This document shows positions 30,369 through 39,005 of a stretch of DNA of 64,000 nucleotides, one piece after another. Positions within the stretch are counted from its first letter, which is position 1, and each line of letters opens with the position of its first letter. The notes beneath the pieces are model-generated. The model saw only the letters and a program-made list of their open reading frames with translations. It was not told where the DNA came from and ran no database searches. A program made the translations under genes and the position numbers. The stretch comes from Lachnospiraceae bacterium (GTDB lineage: Bacteria; Bacillota; Clostridia; Lachnospirales; Lachnospiraceae): assembly GCA_029005135.1 (NCBI GenBank), contig JAQXFO010000022.1, forward strand, positions 2,589 to 66,588, in the 5' to 3' direction.

Positions 30369-31016
30369 TTATCGATAATAATCCAGTTTCTTCTCAATGC
30401 GTTCCATGATCCAGGCCACCGCAAAGTTGAAAATATAGTAGAACACACCGGCCGCCACCAGAGGCATGATCGTCGTCTGCGCCGACGAGATCTGCTTGGC
30501 GATCGCGAACATTTCCACATAAGACACCGAGTAGACAAGGGAGGTATCCTTGACCAGGGTGATAACTTCGTTGGTGACCGCGGGCAGCACGATCTTGATG
30601 ACCTGCGGCAGGATAATGCGGAGGAAAGTCTGAACCTTGTTGTAGCCCAGAAGCTGAGCCGCTTCATACTGGCCCTTCGGCATGGATTCGATGCCGGAAC
30701 GATAAATTTCGGCGAAGTAGGCCGCGTAGTTGACCGAACAGCCGAGAATAATGGCCGTGAACTTGTAATTGCCGATATTCATGCCCCACAGATAGAAGGG
30801 TCCGAAATACCACATCAGCAGCTGAAGCATCAGCGGCGTTCCCCGCATGACGGAGATATAGATCTTGACGATCCCGCTCAGGAGCCTGAAGCGGCTGGCC
30901 CGGCCGAAGTAGACGATAAGGCCCAGGGGCAGTGATATGACAAGGACAAGGGCAAAGATCAGAACGGTGCTGCCAAAGCCCGACAGCAGCTGTAATAGCA
31001 TTGTCGAAAAACTCAT
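30369..31016 (-). CDS. polar amino acid ABC transporter permease
   Basis: Five TM segments and an EAA loop ([23 protein letters not shown]). Confidence 0.9.
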   Translation of the reverse strand: MSFSTMLLQLLSGFGSTVLIFALVLVISLPLGLIVYFGRASRFRLLSGIVKIYISVMRGTPLMLQLLMWYFGPFYLWGMNIGNYKFTAIILGCSVNYAAYFAEIYRSGIESMPKGQYEAAQLLGYNKVQTFLRIILPQVIKIVLPAVTNEVITLVKDTSLVYSVSYVEMFAIAKQISSAQTTIMPLVAAGVFYYIFNFAVAWIMERIEKKLDYYR

Positions 31017-31089
31017 GTTGTTCTCCCCGGCTTTCGGTTTTTACGGCTGAAGAAAAAGCCGGCACAGGGCCGGCTTACTTACCGCAGTT

Positions 31090-31902
31090 TTATTTGGCTG
31101 TCAGAGTCACCATATCGGAGATCTCGTATTTTTCGGCCAGCTCGGCAACAACGCCTTCGTTGGTCAGTTCCTGCAGATCCTTGTTGATGATTTCGGCCAG
31201 GGCGGCACCGCCGTCATCCTTACGGAAACCGATGGCGTATTCTTCGGAGTTCAGAGCCTCATCCAGCATGGCGAAACCTTCGCCGCGGGAGTTCAGCTGA
31301 TATTTGGCCACACCGATATCGATGGCCAGAGCGTCCAGGGCGCCGGCCTGCAGTTCTGTGAAGGCTGTGTTGTAATCGGCGAACTGCTTGATCTCGGCAA
31401 AGCTGTCGGCCAGAGCCTTCTGATCGCTCTCCTCATCGGTCAGAACATCCAGGGCGGCGGAAGCCTGCTGGACACCGACGACCTTGCCGGCCAGATCGGA
31501 CAGCTTGGCGATACCGGAGTTCTCGGCCACCACGATCACCTGGCTGTTGTCAACATAGGAGACGGAGAAGTTGTACTCATCCTCGCGTCCGTTCTTCGTG
31601 AAGCCGTTCCAGATGCAGTCGATGGAGGAGGAATTCAGTTCCATATCCTTGGATTCCCAGACGATCGGCTTCTTCTCCAGCTTCCAGCCTTCCTTCTCGC
31701 AGACAGCCTCAGCCAGTTCCAGATCGAAACCGGTATACTCGCCATTCTCATCCATGTAGCCGTAGGGCGGGTATTCGGCGTCGAAACCGACGGTCAGAGT
31801 GCCGTCCTCAACACCGGTCTTCACGTCATCTTTCTTGCCGCAGGCGGTCATGCCGATGACCATGACAGCCGCCAGTAACAGTACGCTGATTCTCTTCATC
31901 AT
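31090..31902 (-). CDS. amino acid ABC transporter substrate-binding lipoprotein
   Basis: MMKRISVLLLAAVMVIGMTACG lipobox and a family-3 SBP body (LTVGFDAEYPPYGYMDENGEYTGFDLELA). Confidence 0.9.
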   Translation of the reverse strand: MMKRISVLLLAAVMVIGMTACGKKDDVKTGVEDGTLTVGFDAEYPPYGYMDENGEYTGFDLELAEAVCEKEGWKLEKKPIVWESKDMELNSSSIDCIWNGFTKNGREDEYNFSVSYVDNSQVIVVAENSGIAKLSDLAGKVVGVQQASAALDVLTDEESDQKALADSFAEIKQFADYNTAFTELQAGALDALAIDIGVAKYQLNSRGEGFAMLDEALNSEEYAIGFRKDDGGAALAEIINKDLQELTNEGVVAELAEKYEISDMVTLTAK

Positions 31903-31992
31903 AATCGTTATCTCTCTTTCCTCATAAAAATTTGGCAGATACTTTCATGTGCTATCTCTCTACCACATAAAAGTGCCATTGTTATATCATGA

Positions 31993-32026
31993 AAAGCCCT
32001 CTCTGTCAACAAAGAGGGCTTTTTTC
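31993..32026 (-). terminator. terminator of the giant/Hsp70-like/TPR operon
   Basis: AGCCCTCT (31995-32002) pairs with AGAGGGCT (32013-32020). T/A runs on both sides. It lies 33 nt after the stop at 32059. Confidence 0.65.
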
Positions 32027-32058
32027 GTCACTTTTTATCAGGCTTTTTGCTCCCGGCC

Positions 32059-32835
32059 TCAGACATCCGCGGCCCGGTGGTATTCCCGCATCAGATCAGC
32101 CAGATAACTCTTCATATCGGCCGCCTCGGGATAACGCACGGCGGCCGCCGCTTCCCTGAGACCGCGGTCTATCTCCTCCCGCGTCCTGTCGTCGACGCCG
32201 CGCTTTTTCAGTTCTTCCTCATATTTCTCCCGGGGTCTGGCAATGGCACAGACATAGAGATAATCCTTAAGGGCCTCCCGGGTATAGGAAAGGCTCAGCG
32301 CCTTTTCAAAATCTGACAGGGCCTCCGGATACGCCAGAAGCTGCATATGGGCCACACCGATATTGTGCCAGACGGAAGCCGCCAGCACCTCGCCGGAGCG
32401 GCACTCCTCCATCCGCAGCACCTCCCGGTAGACGTTGACGGCGCCGGCGAGGCGGCCGCAGCGCACCAGAGCATCACCCTTCTTCTTCAGACGGACAGCC
32501 TCGCTGTCCCGGGACAGAGCCTGAAGCCGCCGCTCAAAGGCCTGCATATCCCGATGTGAGAGATACGCCTCCTCCCGGAGGATCGCCGTCACAAAAGGCG
32601 CCGTCGGCTCATCTTCCGCCAGTACCTTTTCCAGGGTGCGGGCCAGGGCCGCCATGCCGAGCTGCTCCTCAAACCAGCGGGCCAGTTCCCGGCAGACGAA
32701 GCTCTCGTCCAGCAGCGCCGTCTCATTGACGATAAAATAGCAGATCTCCTCGATCGAACGGGCATTGACGCCGATCGAAGCGATGTAGAACGGTTCCTCC
32801 GCTCTCTTAGTCAGGCAAAGTCTCAAACAACCCAT
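32059..32835 (-). CDS. TPR-repeat protein of unknown function
   Basis: Two recognisable TPR units (KKKGDALVRCGRLAGAVNVYREVL; WHNIGVAHMQLLAYPEALSDFEKALSL). ATG at 32835 has GGAGG 6 nt upstream. Confidence 0.7.
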   Translation of the reverse strand: MGCLRLCLTKRAEEPFYIASIGVNARSIEEICYFIVNETALLDESFVCRELARWFEEQLGMAALARTLEKVLAEDEPTAPFVTAILREEAYLSHRDMQAFERRLQALSRDSEAVRLKKKGDALVRCGRLAGAVNVYREVLRMEECRSGEVLAASVWHNIGVAHMQLLAYPEALSDFEKALSLSYTREALKDYLYVCAIARPREKYEEELKKRGVDDRTREEIDRGLREAAAAVRYPEAADMKSYLADLMREYHRAADV

Positions 32836-32879
32836 ACCACGCCTCCGTCGGGGTGCTCCCGGGCATCGCCCGGATCAGA

Positions 32880-34127
32880 TCACAAGTCCAGTTCCTCCTG
32901 CCACACAAGACCCGCCGGCGGATAGAAGCCGCCGAAGCCCAGGTCCTCGACCCGGATGAGACAGCGGGTCGGCGACAGCATGCTCACGCGAAGCGACAGC
33001 CGTGTCGTCCGGTTGGGCCGGTTCGGCAATCCCGGCAGATCCATCCGGCACTGACGTTTATCGCGTCCGCTGATAGGATTCAGGGAAAATGTCAGAGAGT
33101 CCGTATTATCCAGAATAAACTCACAGTATTTATCGGCGTCGAACCAGTTGCGTCCGGCGGAAATCAACGGGTAATAGGACGGCACGCCGCGGACGACCAT
33201 TTCCATGCCCAGGTTGGTACGGACCAGATCGTCTCCCATGTAGAGCTGTCCCTTCAGGCTGTGGGTCTCCTGTTTTTCCAGGGAGGTGTAGCAGGCCCCG
33301 CGGACATAGAGATTCTCACCGCTGAAGACATGGCGGCGGCTCTGGCAGAGGAAAGCTGTGGATCGGTCGGCCCAGGTCACGTCAAAGCCGCTGCCGCACA
33401 GATAAACCGATGAGAACAGCCGCCGGTTCATCTGCACCCCGGCAAAGGCCAGGAAGGCTTCGTCACGGGCGTATTTCTCCGCCGGCAGCTGTGTCTCCCC
33501 GCCTCGCAGCAGCCGCACGGAGGCCGGCCGCGTCGTGCGGTCCATCGTCAGAGACACGCAGCTGACGGTGTCGCCTTCAAATTCATAGAGAATCGCATCC
33601 CGGGTGCACAGCTCCGGCTTCTGAGAATAAACATAGTAATAGAAACTTTCCATGTGATTCTGAACTGTCAGTGCCTCCGGCGAAAGCCCCAGCGAAAAGC
33701 AGGCCGTACGCAGGTTATCCACCAGCCCCTTGGTCAGGGAACGTGTCGTGACGGTCAGATGGCTGATCGCTCGAATGACATCGCGAACCCCCGTCAGAGC
33801 CAGCGCCTTCTCGAGAAAAACAGCCAGAAGCGCCGCCGGCGTTTTCCTGCGTCCGTCCACCTCGACGTCAGCGGTGCCGCAGAAGACATCGTAGAGATCC
33901 GGTACCGGGACGCCGTTGTCCCGGGAACCGAAATAGTCGGCCTCCAGACCGAAATGCCACTCTTCTTTACCGGCGATCTTGGTCAGATGTGTCGGAAAGG
34001 TATAGAGATTGGTGCCCACCTTGACGGGGACGGACACAGGCTCGCCGGCACGGCGTTCGTAATAGCTGAGCTGACAGCTGTCACGGTTAAGTTCAAAGCC
34101 AATCAGAAGATTGCGGATCTCATTCAC
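32880..34127 (-). CDS. divergent lidless Hsp70-like protein (NBD + SBD-beta, degenerate phosphate loops)
   Basis: By-eye collinear match to DnaK. Matches are LLIGFELNRDSC / IGIDLGTTNSC, AILYEFEGDTVSCVSL / IAVYDLGGGTFDISII, VYLCGSGFD / ILVGGQTRMP, and LGMEM..GLPNRPNRTTRLSLRVSM / LGIET..[18 protein letters not shown]. The GTG start overlaps the upstream stop by 8 nt, with AAGGAGAGGA as SD. Confidence 0.72.
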   Translation of the reverse strand: MNEIRNLLIGFELNRDSCQLSYYERRAGEPVSVPVKVGTNLYTFPTHLTKIAGKEEWHFGLEADYFGSRDNGVPVPDLYDVFCGTADVEVDGRRKTPAALLAVFLEKALALTGVRDVIRAISHLTVTTRSLTKGLVDNLRTACFSLGLSPEALTVQNHMESFYYYVYSQKPELCTRDAILYEFEGDTVSCVSLTMDRTTRPASVRLLRGGETQLPAEKYARDEAFLAFAGVQMNRRLFSSVYLCGSGFDVTWADRSTAFLCQSRRHVFSGENLYVRGACYTSLEKQETHSLKGQLYMGDDLVRTNLGMEMVVRGVPSYYPLISAGRNWFDADKYCEFILDNTDSLTFSLNPISGRDKRQCRMDLPGLPNRPNRTTRLSLRVSMLSPTRCLIRVEDLGFGGFYPPAGLVWQEELDL

Positions 34128-37100
34128 GGCCCTTATCCTCTCCTTCCTCTTTCAGTCTGAACAAGGCGGCTGCCATCTGCGTCAGACGGCTGTAATCCCG
34201 GAGTTTTTCCCGAAGGACCTCCGTCTTGCCCAGCTTCTGTGCCGACAGCATCTGATTGATCAGCTGATAACGGCTGCGGCCCGTCATATCCACACGGGCC
34301 ATCGTTTCTGTCCTCTCGGGTGTTAAGCGGGAAACGCCGTTGTGCTCGATCTTCAGATACCAGGTCAGCACCTCGCCGTAGAACAGCACGAATTCCCGGG
34401 AATACAGACCGTAACACATCTCCCTGAGCGGTTCGCTGACAAAGGGCTCGCCGGTATCGGCAGGTCCGCTGCTTAAGCGGTAATAGAGGGTCACCCGGTC
34501 CTTCGGTCCGGCAAAGGTCTCCACGAAGATCCTGTCCTCGAGGCCGTAACCGGCCAGAGCCCGGCGGGGCAGTTTCCGGCAGAAGCCCAGGCGAATGTCA
34601 TCCTCGGCCATAATCTCCAGGATGCGGTCCGCCCGTCTCTCCTCCTCATCGTCAAGGGATCCCTGATCGGCATAGGCCTGGAGCAGCGCCAGCAGGCAGA
34701 TGCCGTCCAGCTCCCATTTCCGGTCCATAGCCTCCTCCAACAGGCGGCGTGTGTAGGTGTTCAGCGGGCAGAGCCGGCGGAAGGCCTGATGGGATTCAAA
34801 TGTCATCATCGCCAGCACGATGCGTGCCCTGCCGCCCTGCCGGCGGTAGCTGTGCAGGATCTGACCGCCGTCGTTCAGGGAGCGGCGGACAAACATGGCC
34901 TGCATCAGGATCCTTTCATCGAAATCATAGGTCTCCAGATAAAAGGCGGCGGCGCTTTGACGGATCCGAAGACAGATGTCAAGCGGCCCGGTATAGTATT
35001 TCATCAGATAGGTCAGTATGCTGTCATCATACTTGTCATGGCTGAAGACATAGAAGGCCGCCTTGAGAAGGCTGTCATCCGGGCCGTCGGCCTCCCGGAC
35101 ACGGCGGCTCACCAGGGGCATCATCAGCGCCGGGTTGACGCGTTCGTAACCGCAGCGCGTCATGAGGTACCAGGCCTTGGCATCCAGCGCATGGGTCAGA
35201 AGTGTCTCCAGATACCCGATCCTGTCCGTCTTGACAAAGAGGGAATCCCGGACCTTCGACAGAAGGCTCTCCGCCTTCGTACTCAGCGGATGATCGGTAA
35301 AATACGCCAGGATCCCGCGGCAGGCCTTTTCACGGTAAGCCGTCGTGAAGGCGTCGCTATCGGCAATGTAGGCCAGGGCACTGAGGCGGGCCTCTTCATC
35401 GAGGATTTCCGGGCGGCGGCAGGCATGGAGAACCAGGCCGGGCGTCATCACACCCAGCTTCAGGCAGTCGGCAGTCAGTGCCTCGTCATCGGAGAACCTT
35501 TCCAGAGAATAGGCCACACCGGAGGCATAACGGGCCCCCCGGGCATCACAGAAGGCGATCACCGCCTCCGGCGTATAGAGAGGGATATAGGCCGTGCCGC
35601 CCTTCAGCTTGACACAGATCTCCCCCTCCAGCTCGCCGTGCACCACGACGACCTCCCTCATCCGCGGATCATCACAGTAGAGGCGGGCCGTAAAGGCGGT
35701 GCCGGCCAGGGCGCCGGCGATCACACGGTCATCGGCCTTCGGGTAAAACTCGCGGTACAGAACAGCATAATTCTCGTCCATGGCCCCGTCCATCAGGGCC
35801 CGGGCCGTAAATTCGCCCATGGCGGGCAGATAGTCGTCGTAGGTGCCGGGGTCTGCCGTCTTGTTGCGGACGATATTGGCATAGATAAAGGCCATACGGG
35901 ATCGGCTCACACCGCCGGACAGCAGGAAATACTTGCGGATCGGCAGCGGCAGCTTATCACGGAAGGACGGCGGGATCGTCTCGATATAGAACTCATAGAG
36001 GCGTGTCAGGCGCACGCCCTTGTCCACCGCCTCGGCATACCAGCGGAAATACGCCGGCCGCGCCGGCTCTCCCTTCATGATATGGCGGCAGATCGCCTCC
36101 AGCGCTTCGGAAGACGGCCAGCGGTCATAGCCCTCCGTCAGGATCCGGTACATCTGGGGACGGAAGGCCTTCTCATTGTCCGCCAGAAGGCAGACACGGT
36201 TATAAAGGGCCTCCGTCATCAGGTCATAGCGGGCGGCAAACAGGAGTACCCGGCGGGTAAAGGCATTGAGGCGCAGCAGGCTGTCCTGCCAGCGCAGCAG
36301 CGAAACGGCTTCCATATAAAGAAGGGGGCTGCTGCAGCCGCTGCGGTCCATCTCCTCCATCATGCGGAGCTTTTTGCCGGGACTGCGGGCCAGCTCATCG
36401 TCAACCTGCATCAGGATCAGCATCAGCACACTGCTCTCACGACAGCGCTGATACCAGTCGCGCAGGCGCGCCTTCACATCGATGCTGCCGGGCGTCAGAA
36501 GCCCCAGCACATGGCACAGATAGAGAAAGCTGCCCTTGATCTCCAGGCTCTCTCCGGAGAAATCATAGTCCTGCAGAGATCGGACAAGCCGGGATGCCGT
36601 GCCTTTGTCACCCGAGACCCAGGCCACATAAGCTTCATAGAGCGTTATGTCAACCGGGCAAGGACCAAGATCGCGGACGGCAGTGATCGTCATCAGGGAA
36701 CGCCGGCTCCAGGCGGCGGTATCCAGACGGTTCATACGGAAGTCCAGATACAGACGCATCAGACGGGCCCGGCTCTTTCTGACAGCTTCGGCGGCATTCG
36801 GGCGATGGGGACCGCGGCGGGAAGCTGTCACCTCAAAGACAAGACGCTGTTCGTCAGAGGTCAGAATCAGACGCCCATAGCAGCAGGTCCTGCCCAGGCG
36901 GTCGGCATGAATGATATAGGGTACGTCGCAAACAGAGCCGATGAAGTCCTGATCGGTGATCCGGCGGCGCACCGCTTCCAGGAAGCTCCCCTCCGTCTCC
37001 ACACGGAAATTCAGAAGCCCCCAGGTATGGCGTGTCAGACGCAGCGACTCGCAGGTATCGCTGTCCACATGATAAAAAGCGCGGGACGGCTGATCCACAG

Positions 37101-37680
37101 ACACCGTCACAGCCTTTTTCCTGCCGGAAGCGACCAGAAAGGCCTCCAGCCTCTGAGCCGTCACCGGGTTGCGGGACAGGGCACGGTAGAGAGGCAGAAG
37201 TCCCTCATCCTCACCGGTCAGAAGCGACGGAAAACGGCGGCTTGAGAAAAGGCGCAGTGCCTCGCCCCCGGCCTGCTCGCTGAGAGCGGTGAACTCATCC
37301 AGCGTCTCGATACCCGCTGCCCGCCCTTCGCCGACGGCCTCCTCGATATCGAGCTCGATGGGGATGACCTTCTCGCCGGCCGAGGAAACGATCGTGACGG
37401 AAGCCTGCAGCGTATCACCCGGCCGGAGGCCCCGGACATTGATGCTGATTCTGACCGAAACCGACGTGCCGCGGAAGGTCTCCTCCGACAGTGTCACGCG
37501 GGGACTGTCCGTCGACAGGAAGCCGCGTATCGGAACATCCTCCTCCGTGCCGATATTAATCTCCGCCGCATAGTCCGAATCGGCAGGCACCGACGCCGTC
37601 AGGCGCTCCGGCGCCGTGATCAGTTCCGGCGCATCGGGTTCGTATTTCCCGGTAATAAGATGCTCTATTCTGCGTAACAA
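34120..37680 (-). CDS. 1186-aa cytoplasmic protein of unknown function (two N-terminal beta-sandwich-like modules + long helical region)
   Basis: Continuous ORF 34120..37800. I prefer the TTG at 37680 (GGGGGA SD 6 nt upstream), which lies downstream of the promoter at 37754-37726. No TM, signal peptide or catalytic motif recognised. Confidence 0.72.
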   Translation of the reverse strand: MLRRIEHLITGKYEPDAPELITAPERLTASVPADSDYAAEINIGTEEDVPIRGFLSTDSPRVTLSEETFRGTSVSVRISINVRGLRPGDTLQASVTIVSSAGEKVIPIELDIEEAVGEGRAAGIETLDEFTALSEQAGGEALRLFSSRRFPSLLTGEDEGLLPLYRALSRNPVTAQRLEAFLVASGRKKAVTVSVDQPSRAFYHVDSDTCESLRLTRHTWGLLNFRVETEGSFLEAVRRRITDQDFIGSVCDVPYIIHADRLGRTCCYGRLILTSDEQRLVFEVTASRRGPHRPNAAEAVRKSRARLMRLYLDFRMNRLDTAAWSRRSLMTITAVRDLGPCPVDITLYEAYVAWVSGDKGTASRLVRSLQDYDFSGESLEIKGSFLYLCHVLGLLTPGSIDVKARLRDWYQRCRESSVLMLILMQVDDELARSPGKKLRMMEEMDRSGCSSPLLYMEAVSLLRWQDSLLRLNAFTRRVLLFAARYDLMTEALYNRVCLLADNEKAFRPQMYRILTEGYDRWPSSEALEAICRHIMKGEPARPAYFRWYAEAVDKGVRLTRLYEFYIETIPPSFRDKLPLPIRKYFLLSGGVSRSRMAFIYANIVRNKTADPGTYDDYLPAMGEFTARALMDGAMDENYAVLYREFYPKADDRVIAGALAGTAFTARLYCDDPRMREVVVVHGELEGEICVKLKGGTAYIPLYTPEAVIAFCDARGARYASGVAYSLERFSDDEALTADCLKLGVMTPGLVLHACRRPEILDEEARLSALAYIADSDAFTTAYREKACRGILAYFTDHPLSTKAESLLSKVRDSLFVKTDRIGYLETLLTHALDAKAWYLMTRCGYERVNPALMMPLVSRRVREADGPDDSLLKAAFYVFSHDKYDDSILTYLMKYYTGPLDICLRIRQSAAAFYLETYDFDERILMQAMFVRRSLNDGGQILHSYRRQGGRARIVLAMMTFESHQAFRRLCPLNTYTRRLLEEAMDRKWELDGICLLALLQAYADQGSLDDEEERRADRILEIMAEDDIRLGFCRKLPRRALAGYGLEDRIFVETFAGPKDRVTLYYRLSSGPADTGEPFVSEPLREMCYGLYSREFVLFYGEVLTWYLKIEHNGVSRLTPERTETMARVDMTGRSRYQLINQMLSAQKLGKTEVLREKLRDYSRLTQMAAALFRLKEEGEDKGRE

Positions 37681-37699
37681 AAGTGTTCCCCCTGCGGAC

Positions 37700-37754
37700 T
37701 TGACCAGACATCTTTTACAGCGTAAATTATATATCAGTTCGCACTTTTGCGCAA
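37700..37754. promoter_or_regulatory. overlapping divergent promoters
   Basis: Plus strand: TTGACC (37700-37705), 17-nt spacer, TAAATT (37723-37728). Minus strand: TTGCGC (37754-37749), 17-nt spacer, TATAAT (37731-37726). The two -10 boxes overlap in taaattatatat. Confidence 0.5.
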
Positions 37755-37773
37755 TTTCATGAAAGGAACCGCC

Positions 37774-38871
37774 ATGGGACAGAACAAAACGCCCTTCCAC
37801 GGCAGTGATCTGGAGAAGGTCGAAGCCGTCTACGGGATCAAAAAGGAATCCATCATCAGCTATGCTGCCAATGTCAATCCGCTGGGCATTTCATCAAAGC
37901 TTAAGGAGACGCTGGCCGGCCATCTGGATGCTATCACGCGCTATCCCGATCCGGATTACGCCGACCTGCGCCGGGTCATCGGCACCTACTGCGGTGCCTG
38001 CCCCGACAACATCATCTGCGGCAGCGGCGCCACCGAGCTGATCTCTCTGGTTCTGACCGTCCGACGTCCCAGAAAAGCCGTCATCATCGGACCGACCTAT
38101 TCCGAATACGAACGGGAGATCGCCCTGGGCGGCGGCACCTCGAATTATTATCCCCTGCGGGAAGAAGAGGCTTTTCGTCTGAATACGGAAGAATTCTGCG
38201 CCTCTCTCAATGACAGCCTGGATCTTCTGGTCATCTGCAACCCGAATAACCCCACCGGCACCGCCATCGACCGCCGTGACATGCGCCGCATCCTCGACGC
38301 CTGCATGAAGAACGGCATTTTCGTCATGGTCGACGAGACCTATGTGGAATTCGCCCGGGATGTCAATGCCGTCACCGCCGTCTCCCTGACCGAATCCTAC
38401 AACAATCTGGTGGTTCTGCGCGGCACCTCCAAGTTCTTCGCCTCGCCCGGCCTGCGTCTCGGCTATGCCGTCACCGGCAATCACGATATGCTCAAGGCCA
38501 TCAACCACCGCAAGAACCTCTGGACTATCAGTTCCCTGGCTGAAATCGCCGGCTGCATCATGTTTGCCGACGACGATTATATCCGTGCTACCCGGGAGCT
38601 CATCAGCCGGGAACGTGACCGTGTCATCGATGTCCTCTCCCGGATCGACACCATCAAGGTCTACCCGACGGAGGCCAATTTCGTGCTCTACCGGATCCTC
38701 CGGGAAGATGTGGACGCACAGCAGCTCTTCGAGTACTGCATCCGCCGTCATATGATGGTCCGCAACTGCGCCTCCTTCCCCTTCCTCGACGACAGATACG
38801 TCCGCTTCTGCTTCATGGAACCGGAACAGAATGATGCCCTCCTTGACACGATGAAAGAGATTCTTCTGTAA
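37774..38871 (+). CDS. PLP-dependent class I/II aminotransferase (histidinol-phosphate aminotransferase / threonine-phosphate decarboxylase-like)
   Basis: NVNPLG, NPNNPTG and RGTSKFFASPGLRLGY (PLP lysine) are typical of the HisC/CobD family. ATG at 37774 has a GAAAGGA SD. Confidence 0.85.
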   Translation: MGQNKTPFHGSDLEKVEAVYGIKKESIISYAANVNPLGISSKLKETLAGHLDAITRYPDPDYADLRRVIGTYCGACPDNIICGSGATELISLVLTVRRPRKAVIIGPTYSEYEREIALGGGTSNYYPLREEEAFRLNTEEFCASLNDSLDLLVICNPNNPTGTAIDRRDMRRILDACMKNGIFVMVDETYVEFARDVNAVTAVSLTESYNNLVVLRGTSKFFASPGLRLGYAVTGNHDMLKAINHRKNLWTISSLAEIAGCIMFADDDYIRATRELISRERDRVIDVLSRIDTIKVYPTEANFVLYRILREDVDAQQLFEYCIRRHMMVRNCASFPFLDDRYVRFCFMEPEQNDALLDTMKEILL

Positions 38872-38924
38872 ACACTGACGCCCAGAACTGACACCGTCAG
38901 AACGCAGTCCTGCGTTCCTCAAAA

Positions 38925-38976
38925 CCTCCCGTCCCGGTAAGGCTTCAGAGCCTTGTGACGACGGGGGGCTTTTTTG
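38925..38976 (+). terminator. intrinsic terminator after the aminotransferase gene
   Basis: CCTCCCGTC (38925-33) pairs with GACGGGGGG (38960-68). An inner AAGGCT/AGCCTT stem lies within it, and CTTTTTT follows. Confidence 0.7.
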
Positions 38977-39005
38977 TCACGACACGGCCGGCACTTCCTT
39001 TAGTG

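Noticed and set aside
34789-37245. 818-aa plus-strand ORF (and 34749..35045, 36647..36880, 37032..37283) opposite the 1186-aa gene
   Set aside because: It is fully antisense to a better-supported minus-strand gene. The composition is Arg/Gly/Ala/His/Pro-rich and low-complexity. It has no SD and no recognisable motif. This is the typical stop-poor mirror frame of high-GC coding DNA.
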